Of a DNA stretch of 44,670 nt, positions 7,361-16,053 are shown piece by piece; within the stretch, counting starts at the first letter, position 1, and each line of letters starts with the position of its first letter. The DNA is from a virus. Lineage: Duplodnaviria; Heunggongvirae; Uroviricota; Caudoviricetes. The stretch spans positions 1 to 44,670 of IMG/VR virus record IMGVR_UViG_3300031867_003838. One strand, given 5' to 3'. A program made the translations under genes and the position numbers. The notes under the pieces are model-generated. The model searched no databases. It had not been told where the DNA came from and worked only from the letters and a program-made list of their open reading frames with translations.

Positions 7361-10217
7361 TGTCGGAATATGGAGTTAAGTCTCGTCTAATAAATGCAGC
7401 TAGTATAGAAGAATGCAACCAGGGCGTGAGAAATAATCTTGACTCTAAAGACTGTCTTATTACGAATAGCTTGTTTCTTGACTGGTTGTCCAATAATGGA
7501 TTAAACGTTCATAACGGATGCACGCTGGATTGTTTAAGTTTAGCATTTGATTATGGAACACGAAGCTACGAAGACGAACGAAAACATGTTGATTCATTAA
7601 TTAAGAGCTGTGATCCGAATGATACTGAGAAAATGGAGCGTCTCAAGAATTTATCAGATAATGTCGAGGCGAATAAAGATAAGTATGTAAAGATATCAAA
7701 GGATAAGCTCCGCTATAAGTATTACACAGAAGGCGTAGTGATAAACTGGAGGCATTACAACAAAGATGGTACAGTGAGAAGTATTGAGCCAATAAAATAT
7801 AAGATGTTGTACAGGACGCCCGGAAAAGCCAAAGCCGGCAAGATCGTCGTAATCCGAGAGGAGCTGCATGAAAAAGCATTAAATTTTCTACGCATGGGAA
7901 TTGAGATGCCAGATGAAAATGCACCAATAGTTGAAATGGGGGCGTATTCTTCTTTGGTGACAAGCTCGATTATTGGATATGTTCCTATACCACCAGAAGA
8001 TATTTTAATTCTTGATGATTGTCCTGCGTCGTACAAAACAGATGTTATAAGCGTCGAAGTTAATGACAACAATGAGTGTATTGCTGTGCCGCGAAATGAT
8101 TACGTGATGGAGACGGACATGTTCGACGGATCCGCTCTTATTGATCGTGATTTGTTTCCTCCGTGGGCAGATGGCTATGTTCTACTTCGCCATCATATGA
8201 CAAAGTCAGCGGCGTTTCGTACTGATATTCAACAGTACTATAAAGATTATTGTGCAGAAAAAGGTATTGATTATGAAACATTCGTACTTAAAGACAAGTG
8301 GGGCAATCCTCATTTCGCAAAAGACATTAAACTGATAATGTCAACAAACAGTTGCAAGTGGCTGAAGTTTAATGTTTCATATGAATATTGGTGTAGTTGG
8401 GTCCATAAAAACGGTTGTTCCTTTGGTGTTGTCAAGACATCGCATAAATCTAAACTTGGCGATGTTCAGCAGATGTCATACCAAATGGTCAATGTACTTG
8501 GGATAGATAGTATGTTTTCAGTTATGCATACTACTTCAGAATACATCAATGCATTACAAACAGATGATGCTGTGTTTTTGGAATATCTTGAACGCAACAA
8601 GAATTTTTCAAATGATTATGATGTATTGATAGCACTTGTAAACCACAACAGTGATTTCATAAAGAGCGAATATTTTAAAGAGAGAAGACAAACAATAATC
8701 CAGGCGTACATTAAAAATATGAAAACTGGCAAGCTTATTCAAAACGCAGATAATCTCACGTTGGTTGGGTCGCCTTATGCTTTCTTGATGCATAGCGTAG
8801 GGCTAGATCCTCATGATGATCCTACGTTCGAACATGAGGATGGAGCAATTCAATGTTATACTAATAGGTTTGACGACGGTGAGTATTTGGCGGAGTTCAG
8901 AAACCCGTTCAACTCAAGAGAGAATCTTGGATTCTTGCATAATCATCGTCATCCATTGTTAGACAAATACTTCTTGTTAGGCGATTGTATTATTGCTGTC
9001 AATGTAAATGGTACTGATTTTTGTGAGAGGAATAACGGTTCTGATTTTGACAGTGATAGTATTTATACCACAAACCAGTCAGACATAGTAACACACGCAC
9101 AGTATTGCTACAAAAACCATAAGACCATAGTCAATAACATACCAAAATCATCAAAGACATATTCAAATACAATGAAAGATTTTGCGACAGTAGACAATTC
9201 ATTAGCAAAAGCACAAGTTGCGATTGGCTCTAGCTCGAATCTCGCACAGTGCTGCTTGACATATACATTCAACTACAATGACCAAAAGTACAGAGATTAT
9301 GTATGCATCTTGGCGGTGTTGGCTTAAAGTACTGGGCCAGTTGAATGGAGACATTCTTCTAAAGATATCCGAAGGATTGCTGGAAAGCTTTGGCTAATCA
9401 GCAGGCGAGCCGGATGAACCTTTTTGTAATTCGGAAGCTTCAGAGACTAACTTTTTGAGGAGGGATACCAATAAGAAAAGACACGAGAATCGGACACCCT
9501 AACGTATAGTCGAGGGTGATGATATAGTCCAATCGGCCTGACAGGTCAGGCGCTCAGATAAAGAGCTGAGCATAAGCGATGCAGGCCGCTATAGATAGTA
9601 CGAAAAGACTTTACTCAGTAGATATACCATCAGAAATCAACCGTATAAAGTCAGATATGGATATTAAGAGTAATGGATATCCGTCGTTCTGGCGAAATAT
9701 ACGCCCCGGTTTCAATGGGTTTATAAATAACAAACTCAAGTGCCCAATGAACGAATTGGCGCATTACAAGGCTCAGAGGCCACATCATAATCCAAATCCA
9801 ATCCCAAATCAGGAATTCTTTCATAAACATGAATTAACAGATAGCAGGCGCAAATGCAGGCGCGTTGAGAATTTAATAGAGAAGTATTCGCTGGAATTAT
9901 ATGACTATAATATGTCAGATGACAAAGAGTATGAATCATTCCTTTTACTTCGCAAAGATTTTGACGATCTTATTAGTGACATCCAGCGTACATATATATC
10001 AAATAATTACCTCGGTCTCATGTCGTGGCTGATTGATCGCGCTCTTCTGATCACTCCTGACGTCGTCAGAACAGTTGATCAGATGCAGTCGACGCTTCAC
10101 AAGAACAGATCCTTGCTTTTGAAGGTACTGTATGACGTGAGTCCGAACCAGTTTCTGCAGTGTTTCGTGCAGAAAAGTGAACAGTGCGGCGATTTTGATC
10201 GACGAAAACCCGCATAA
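7357..10217 (+). CDS. yonO: YonO-like single-subunit RNA polymerase; exons 7357-9324 and 9582-10217 (about 867 aa spliced)
   Basis: MFDGSALI, FRNP and catalytic NGSDFDSD (DxDxD) motifs; removing 9325-9581 gives a continuous ILAVLA|QAAIDSTK; position upstream of HU and the morphogenesis genes matches SPbeta yonO-yonN. Confidence 0.85.
9325..9581 (+). mobile_element. Group I intron (257 nt, ORF-less) in the RNAP gene
   Basis: Exon ends in U, intron ends in G. P1: UUGGCU pairs with GGCCAG (U.G at the splice site). P10: CUG/CAG. Core elements UUGCUGGAAA, AAUCAGCAG, CAGAGACUA and GAUAUAGUCC (P7 GACUA/UAGUC). Confidence 0.92.
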
Positions 10218-10307
10218 ACTCTAGTGTTTAGTACATCAAAATATTATGGTCTAATGAGGAGAAAGGGAATCCTCGTGAATAAAACAGAATTAAGGAGAAA
10301 GAAATAT

Positions 10308-10601
10308 ATGACTAAGAAAGAATTTGTTAAGAAAGTATCTGAAAATGTAACTGAGAACTCAAAGATGGTAGTTAGCCAGGCGGCTGTTGATCTCGTGATG
10401 AGCGGAATCTACAATGTGGTTGTTGAAGCGCTTAAGAACGGCGACACGGTTAGACCGTTTGAAGGGCTGGCACTCTCTGCTATTGATGTTCCGGAGAAAC
10501 TGGGGCGCAATCCGAGAACCGGCGAGTCTATGACTGTAGCTGCCCATGTCAGACCGAAGGCAAAATTCGGCGTCTCGCTGAAGAACGCACTTAATCAGTA
10601 A
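10308..10601 (+). CDS. hup: HU-family histone-like DNA-binding protein
   Basis: MTKKEFV..., GRNPRTGE, RPKAKFG..LKNAL; SD AAGGAG. Confidence 0.92.
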   Translation: MTKKEFVKKVSENVTENSKMVVSQAAVDLVMSGIYNVVVEALKNGDTVRPFEGLALSAIDVPEKLGRNPRTGESMTVAAHVRPKAKFGVSLKNALNQ

Positions 10602-10669
10602 TAAGAATACGGGGCTGTGGGGTTGCTGTTATGGCAGCTCTGCGGCTTCGAGTAACAAGGGGGAAGCCT

Positions 10670-11410
10670 ATGTCTTCCAGAAAGAAACTGAGTATTCAAA
10701 GTGAAACACCACCTGAGAATCTTATGGATCACCCGTTCTACGGCATTCCGCTTGATGATGAGCAGCGAGCATTTGCTCAGGCAATTTGGGACCCAGAGAA
10801 CGACATTATATTTTGCAACGCAAAGGCCGGCACTGGTAAGACGACCATTGCAACCGGAGCTGCTAACCTGCTCTGCATGTACGGATTCTTTGACTCAATT
10901 ATTTATATTATGAGTCCTTACGGCGAGAAGCTTGGGTATCTCCCTGGTGATATAACGGAAAAGAGTTCTGTGTATTTCGAACCGTTCTATCAGGCCATGG
11001 TCAGTTGCAACATTAATCCGTACACGGCCGTGAATGACGAGAGTCTTGTAAACCAGAAGAACGGATCGGGGTACATTACCTGCATCACAGATACATATCT
11101 GAGAGGCAGTAACCTGAATAACTGCGTTGTCATTATTGACGAGGCGCAGAACTACACGACGTCACAGCTCAAGAAAGTTTTAACGCGAGTTGGAGACAGG
11201 GCGAAGGTTATAGTGATTGGACACGACCTTCAGTGTGACCTTAAGAAGAAAGAGCTTAGTGGATTTGTTTCATACATTAATCACTTCGCCGGTCAAGACC
11301 GGTGCGCTGTTTGCCAGTTGACGACAAATCATAGAGGTTGGATTAGTCGGTGGGCAGACGAACTTGATGAGAGAACAAAAGGAGAAACAGTAAATGCCGA
11401 TTGCAATTGA
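10670..11410 (+). CDS. phoH: PhoH-family ATPase
   Basis: Walker A AKAGTGKT, LGYLPG, YLRG, DEAQN, GHDLQCD. Confidence 0.92.
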   Translation: MSSRKKLSIQSETPPENLMDHPFYGIPLDDEQRAFAQAIWDPENDIIFCNAKAGTGKTTIATGAANLLCMYGFFDSIIYIMSPYGEKLGYLPGDITEKSSVYFEPFYQAMVSCNINPYTAVNDESLVNQKNGSGYITCITDTYLRGSNLNNCVVIIDEAQNYTTSQLKKVLTRVGDRAKVIVIGHDLQCDLKKKELSGFVSYINHFAGQDRCAVCQLTTNHRGWISRWADELDERTKGETVNADCN

Positions 11411-11993
11411 TTTAGCAGAAATTCTGGCGAAACAGCCCGGATGTCTTCCGGACTTTGCCGATTATCAATATTATAAGAATCTGATGGAACGTAGGTTAAT
11501 CCTTAACGCAGGTATTGATGATGACCTGCTTGAACTAATCATTCTGCCGTATATGGAGATGGATAATGATGGAACGGGCAAACCGATTGAAATCATTTTG
11601 AACAGCGGGGGCGGGGAGGTTTATTCCGGATTCAACCTCGTGGATCAAATCGAACGGGCAAAGACACCTACTACCATTCATATTATGAGCATGGCTGCGT
11701 CAATGGGAACATTGATTGCTATGGCCGGGAAGAACAACCCGAATGTAAAGACGGTTTGTCATCCGTTCAGCGTTGGCCTGCTTCATGGCGGATCGCAGTA
11801 TATGGAAGGTTCTGCCCATGCAGTAAAGGATCTGTTCAACTTTACTGAACAGTATGAGAACAAGATTAAAGATTTCATCCTGACGCATTCAAATATTACG
11901 GAAGACTACTACGAGAAGATCGAGCGCAAGGAACTCTGGCTTGATGCAGATGAGATGCTTAGGCTTGGGATCGTTGATGAGATTATTAAATGA
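11394..11993 (+). CDS. clpP: ClpP-like protease subunit
   Basis: PIEIILNSGGG, AASMG (catalytic Ser), LLH, WLDADE...GIVDEI. Confidence 0.85.
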   Translation: MPIAIDLAEILAKQPGCLPDFADYQYYKNLMERRLILNAGIDDDLLELIILPYMEMDNDGTGKPIEIILNSGGGEVYSGFNLVDQIERAKTPTTIHIMSMAASMGTLIAMAGKNNPNVKTVCHPFSVGLLHGGSQYMEGSAHAVKDLFNFTEQYENKIKDFILTHSNITEDYYEKIERKELWLDADEMLRLGIVDEIIK

Positions 11994-12070
11994 CAATGAA
12001 ATCTGCCGTAGGAGACGGTAGATATTATTAAATGATAATGAAATCTATCGTAGTAAACGGTAGATATTAT
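11982..12070 (+). repeat. Tandem 42-bp direct repeat (2 copies plus a partial), each with a hairpin
   Basis: ATTATTAAATGACAATGAAATCTGCCGTAGGAGACGGTAGAT and ATTATTAAATGATAATGAAATCTATCGTAGTAAACGGTAGAT, then ATTAT. Confidence 0.85.
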
Positions 12071-12074
12071 AAAG

Positions 12075-12106
12075 GCCGTCACGCGAGTGGCGGCTCATTT
12101 TTATTT
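12075..12106 (+). terminator. Intrinsic terminator
   Basis: GCCGTCAC-GCGA-GTGGCGGC followed by TCATTTTTATTT. Confidence 0.7.
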
Positions 12107-12122
12107 GGAGAAAAACAGAGAG

Positions 12123-12290
12123 ATGAAAAAGAAAAAGCTGAATACTATTCAGGAAAAGTATAGGAAAGACTACGAGATGCAAAGCTACGTTGATCGCGTT
12201 CAGAAAGTAAGGCCGTACGTTGATACGGAAACATGTACGGTTTACTGGGGAACCGATTCCAGTAATCACGACAGAGGAGACGCGAATTGA
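12123..12290 (+). CDS. Hypothetical small protein (55 aa)
   Basis: ATG after a GGAG/AGAG purine tract; stop overlaps the next start. Confidence 0.55.
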   Translation: MKKKKLNTIQEKYRKDYEMQSYVDRVQKVRPYVDTETCTVYWGTDSSNHDRGDAN

Positions 12291-13480
12291 CAAAGTATAC
12301 ATATGTGAGACTTGAAAATGAGCAGGATGACGAGCTTATTTACCGCGTATGCAAGGACAAGGAATTGATCGGATCATGGGAGGATGTAAAGGATATTCTT
12401 AATGATCTGCTCGGATACGACTATGGGGAAAGCACGTACCGAAAGAAGTATGCTGCTTTCTGCAAAATGTTTGAAGCGAACCGCTCTAAGTTCGTGGATT
12501 CAGACAGCCAGGTCAAAGCATTGCGTGATGAGCAGCGTCGTCTTGAGATTGAGAAGATAAAGTTTAGAGATGAACGCAATGCATGGGCTCAGCAAAACCG
12601 GATCCAGGCTAGAGCTGAGGCCAAGCTTGATAACATTGAACAGGCACTGATGGACTTTGGAAGAATTAATTTCCCGGAACACAAGCGATCTGATTCTAAG
12701 AATGCTGACCGGGCTATGATTATTATGCTGAATGATTTTCACATTGGCCAGACGTTTGACAATTTCTTTGGCAAATATAACACGGAGATTGCCGAGCGTC
12801 GCATGGCTCAGCTATTAGATGAAGCAAAAGAGATTGCTCAAAGACATGGATGCGGTTCGTGCATCGTGTCTTTAGGCGGTGATAACTGCAGTGGGAATAT
12901 CCATAAAACCATTCAGGTTACAAATCGGGAAGATGTTATTCAGCAGATTAAAAAGGCTGCTGAGATGGTCACGTCATTCTGCTATGAGCTGACGCAGATA
13001 TTCGACATAGTAAAATTGGTAGCTGTTGATGGTAACCACTCCAGATTGGATAAGAAGGAAGAGGCTATACATGATGAACGATTGGATAGTCTTGTCCCGT
13101 ATTGTGTCAATTTGGCGCTAGGTCATTTGGATAATTTCCAGTATTTGGATAGTGCAAATATTGATAGCGGTATTGCTATGTTTAATGTGTATGGGAATTA
13201 TTTCCTGAGCGTTCATGGTGATTATGATGACTTCACAAAGAATGGAGTTAATAACTTAATAACGATGGTTGGCTGCATTCCGAAGTATATTCTCTTCGGT
13301 CATCACCACACCTGTTCTGTTGATGAGGCAAATGGGATTGTGATGATCCGTGGTGGATCTCTAGTTGGAACCGGTGATCAACATACGGTTGAACGGAGGA
13401 TCCGTGGGCATGCAAGTCAGATGATTTGCGTGTGCGGTGAGAATGGAGTCGAAGCTTATTATCCGGTGAGATTGGATTGA
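12287..13480 (+). CDS. Calcineurin-like metallophosphoesterase with N-terminal coiled coil
   Basis: Motifs NDFHIG, GGDNCSG, GNHSR, HGD and GHHH; TTG start with SD AGAGGAG. Confidence 0.85.
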   Translation: MTKYTYVRLENEQDDELIYRVCKDKELIGSWEDVKDILNDLLGYDYGESTYRKKYAAFCKMFEANRSKFVDSDSQVKALRDEQRRLEIEKIKFRDERNAWAQQNRIQARAEAKLDNIEQALMDFGRINFPEHKRSDSKNADRAMIIMLNDFHIGQTFDNFFGKYNTEIAERRMAQLLDEAKEIAQRHGCGSCIVSLGGDNCSGNIHKTIQVTNREDVIQQIKKAAEMVTSFCYELTQIFDIVKLVAVDGNHSRLDKKEEAIHDERLDSLVPYCVNLALGHLDNFQYLDSANIDSGIAMFNVYGNYFLSVHGDYDDFTKNGVNNLITMVGCIPKYILFGHHHTCSVDEANGIVMIRGGSLVGTGDQHTVERRIRGHASQMICVCGENGVEAYYPVRLD

Positions 13481-13558
13481 CGCGACGGTGAATAATGACG
13501 TTCCGCCGCGTCGTTTTGTTAAGACAGGTGATCAATGATGGTCACATACAGATTCTAT

Positions 13559-13592
13559 TAGAGGCAGTTAAATCTGCCTCTATATTTTTTTT
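13559..13592 (+). terminator. Intrinsic terminator
   Basis: TAGAGGCAG-TTAAAT-CTGCCTCTA followed by a T8 tract. Confidence 0.75.
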
Positions 13593-13604
13593 GAGGATAG
13601 TGAA

Positions 13605-13778
13605 ATGGATAAATTGTATTGTTGTTATTCATTGAATTTAAGACAGTTCCTTTATGAACATGGTGTGAAGTATGAATTGGCGGCATTAAACCCAAATACC
13701 AATAAGTTGTTTTGGGTATATGTAAAAGATGAAAAGTTAGATTGTCTTTTAACGAAGTGGTCGAACCGAGAGGAATAG
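13605..13778 (+). CDS. Small hypothetical protein (57 aa; MDKLYCCYSLNLRQFLYEHGVKY...KW), below the ORF-track cutoff
   Basis: SD GAGGA; open frame ATG 13605 to TAG 13778; resembles small Firmicutes phage proteins (possibly DUF5659-like, from memory). Confidence 0.7.
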   Translation: MDKLYCCYSLNLRQFLYEHGVKYELAALNPNTNKLFWVYVKDEKLDCLLTKWSNREE

Positions 13779-13813
13779 ACCACTTATTTTATGTAAAAAT
13801 ATAGGAGGTTCGT

Positions 13814-14728
13814 ATGGAAGAAAAGATCTGTGGTATTTATAGAATCACTAATACAGTAAATGGTAAGTCTTATGTTGGTCAAAGTGTTGATGTTAAGTCT
13901 CGTATAAGTCATCATCGTTCTGAGCTGAGAAATAATAGGCATGAAAATAGTTATTTACAAAATGCGTGGAACAAATACGGTGAGGAAAATTTCACATTTG
14001 AAATATTAGAACGATGTTCTCGCAATGAATTAGATGAACGAGAGATTTATTATATTGATCACTTTAAGACCTACAAGACTTTTAATGGATATAATTTAAC
14101 TCTCGGTGGAGATGGGACCCATATTGTCAACGAGGTATTACAGTTTGATGCATATGGAAATTTTATAAAAGAATATGAAAATGGAATAGTTGCAAGCGAG
14201 GAACTTAATATTAGCGCGGGTACAATTTACGCGTGCCTAACAAAAAGAATCAAGAAGGCTGATATGTATATTTTTGTGTATAAATCAGAATATAAAGATA
14301 AGTCTTCATTAGAATGGTGGCTCGATTCAAATAGAAATACTCCCGTTGAACAATATGATTTGTATGGCAATTTATTAAACACGTGGGCATCATGTGCTGA
14401 AATAGTTAGAGAGTTGGGGTTTAATCCAATTCAATGTTTAATTCATGTAACAAAATCATGCCATGGTTATATATGGAAAAGAATTAATGATAATGACATT
14501 CTAATTACGCCTGAATACTGCGAGGCGGTTCGAACCGCTGTAGAGAAGAGAAAGAAAAAGAAAATATATCAGTATGATTTAGATAATAATCTTGTAGCTG
14601 TTTTTAACAGCACAGGAGAATTACAAAAGGAAGGATACAGCGATTGGGTGGTGAAAGAATGCTGTACCGGCATAAGAGAGCAATATAGAGGATACAAATG
14701 GAGTTATGAAGAATTAGAGGTGGCTTAA
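13814..14728 (+). CDS. Free-standing GIY-YIG homing endonuclease with NUMOD1-type repeats
   Basis: GIYRITNTVNGKSYVGQS...FEILE...EREIYYI; three [VI]xQ[FY]DxxGN-like repeats; AT-rich. Confidence 0.92.
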   Translation: MEEKICGIYRITNTVNGKSYVGQSVDVKSRISHHRSELRNNRHENSYLQNAWNKYGEENFTFEILERCSRNELDEREIYYIDHFKTYKTFNGYNLTLGGDGTHIVNEVLQFDAYGNFIKEYENGIVASEELNISAGTIYACLTKRIKKADMYIFVYKSEYKDKSSLEWWLDSNRNTPVEQYDLYGNLLNTWASCAEIVRELGFNPIQCLIHVTKSCHGYIWKRINDNDILITPEYCEAVRTAVEKRKKKKIYQYDLDNNLVAVFNSTGELQKEGYSDWVVKECCTGIREQYRGYKWSYEELEVA

Positions 14729-16053
14729 TGGCAAATGCTTTAGTTAAAAAGAAGAAGGCTGGACCTGCCCCTGCCCCAAAGATTACTGCGGCTGAAGCTA
14801 GAAGTAAGTTAGCGAAGCTTGAGAATGATTATGACAAACTTAAGAATGGTGCATATTGTTATATGTGCGATTCGTTCAAGGCAAAGACGCAATTTCATTC
14901 AAGTACTAATCCAAGAATACGAAGTGGCATAACGCCTATATGTAAAAGGTGTGCTTACTTACTTGCTGTCCCAAATCCAGATAAACCAATGACAAATGAA
15001 GAAGCGGAAGAAAATGCCAAAATAGCATTACGTTATTTGGATAAACCATTCATTAGATCTTTGTGGAACGCAAGTATTAGGGAGGGTGAGAACCTGGCAT
15101 CTGGTAAAGTGCGAGGAACAGTGTTTGCCTACTATATTAAGAATATTAGTATGAACCAGTATTCTGGTTTAACTTGGGATGATTCTGATATGTTTAAACA
15201 ACCATCAGAGATTAAAACTTTCGAGACCAAAACTGAGGATGAGCTGATTGACGAGCATGCAGGTCAAGATACCTTTGAAAGTTTTAAAAAGAACAAATTC
15301 GATGTGATTAGATTATTGGATTATGACCCATTTGAAAAAGAAGCTGTTGAGGATCAACCATTTTTATACTCACAATTACTTGGGCTACTTGATGCTTCAG
15401 AAGATGCCAATGAGGATATGATGCGTGTATCTTCTGCTATTCAGATAGTAAGGGCATTTCTCCAGTCTGCAAAGATTGATGATACGATTGCAAAGTTGAT
15501 GGGTGATGTGCAGATGATTACGCAAAATTCAGCGACTATCAAATCACTTCAAGATAGTAAACAGAAGTTGACAAACATGATTACTAATCTTGCAGCAGAG
15601 AATTGTTTGAGTTTGAAGAATAGTAAGAAAAGTACTAGGGGATCTGATAGCTGGACAGGGAAAATTGCCGCCATACGGGGGCTTAACCTCAGAGATGGAA
15701 TGGTCAACGGATTTGATATTAAAACAGCTCGTGCTATGGCTCAGGTTCAGGAGATCAGTGATGCATCTATAATGAAACAATTAGCCCTTGATGATTCAGA
15801 ATGGTCTGACATAGTTGCGGATATGAGGGTTGATAATCAACGTCTTCGGAAAGAGAAGGAAAGTTATAAGGAAATTAATCGCATTCTACTAAAAGAGAAT
15901 TTGGACTTAAAGGATTATGCTGAGGAGAAAGGTATTAAACTTCCGGAAGGCACTCCATTAAAAGAATTATATTCCGTATTCAGTGATGAAGATGATGGAA
16001 TAGTATTTGCGGGAGGTGAAGCGGACGATGAGTCAGATAATCCTGCCGTATGA
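14728..16053 (+). CDS. Putative terminase small subunit / packaging accessory protein with N-terminal Zn finger
   Basis: CYMC...ITPICKRC; overlaps the start of TerL; assignment rests mainly on position. Confidence 0.55.
   Translation: MANALVKKKKAGPAPAPKITAAEARSKLAKLENDYDKLKNGAYCYMCDSFKAKTQFHSSTNPRIRSGITPICKRCAYLLAVPNPDKPMTNEEAEENAKIALRYLDKPFIRSLWNASIREGENLASGKVRGTVFAYYIKNISMNQYSGLTWDDSDMFKQPSEIKTFETKTEDELIDEHAGQDTFESFKKNKFDVIRLLDYDPFEKEAVEDQPFLYSQLLGLLDASEDANEDMMRVSSAIQIVRAFLQSAKIDDTIAKLMGDVQMITQNSATIKSLQDSKQKLTNMITNLAAENCLSLKNSKKSTRGSDSWTGKIAAIRGLNLRDGMVNGFDIKTARAMAQVQEISDASIMKQLALDDSEWSDIVADMRVDNQRLRKEKESYKEINRILLKENLDLKDYAEEKGIKLPEGTPLKELYSVFSDEDDGIVFAGGEADDESDNPAV

Noticed and set aside
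9327-9579. Frameshift pseudogenes or sequencing errors explaining the fragmented RNAP, TerL, neck and tape measure genes
   Set aside because: Every gap contains group I core elements and excises to restore the frame exactly.
11880-11990. ClpP catalytic Asp apparently replaced (ERKE at the usual ERD position)
   Set aside because: The register cannot be fixed by eye, so inactivity cannot be claimed without an alignment.
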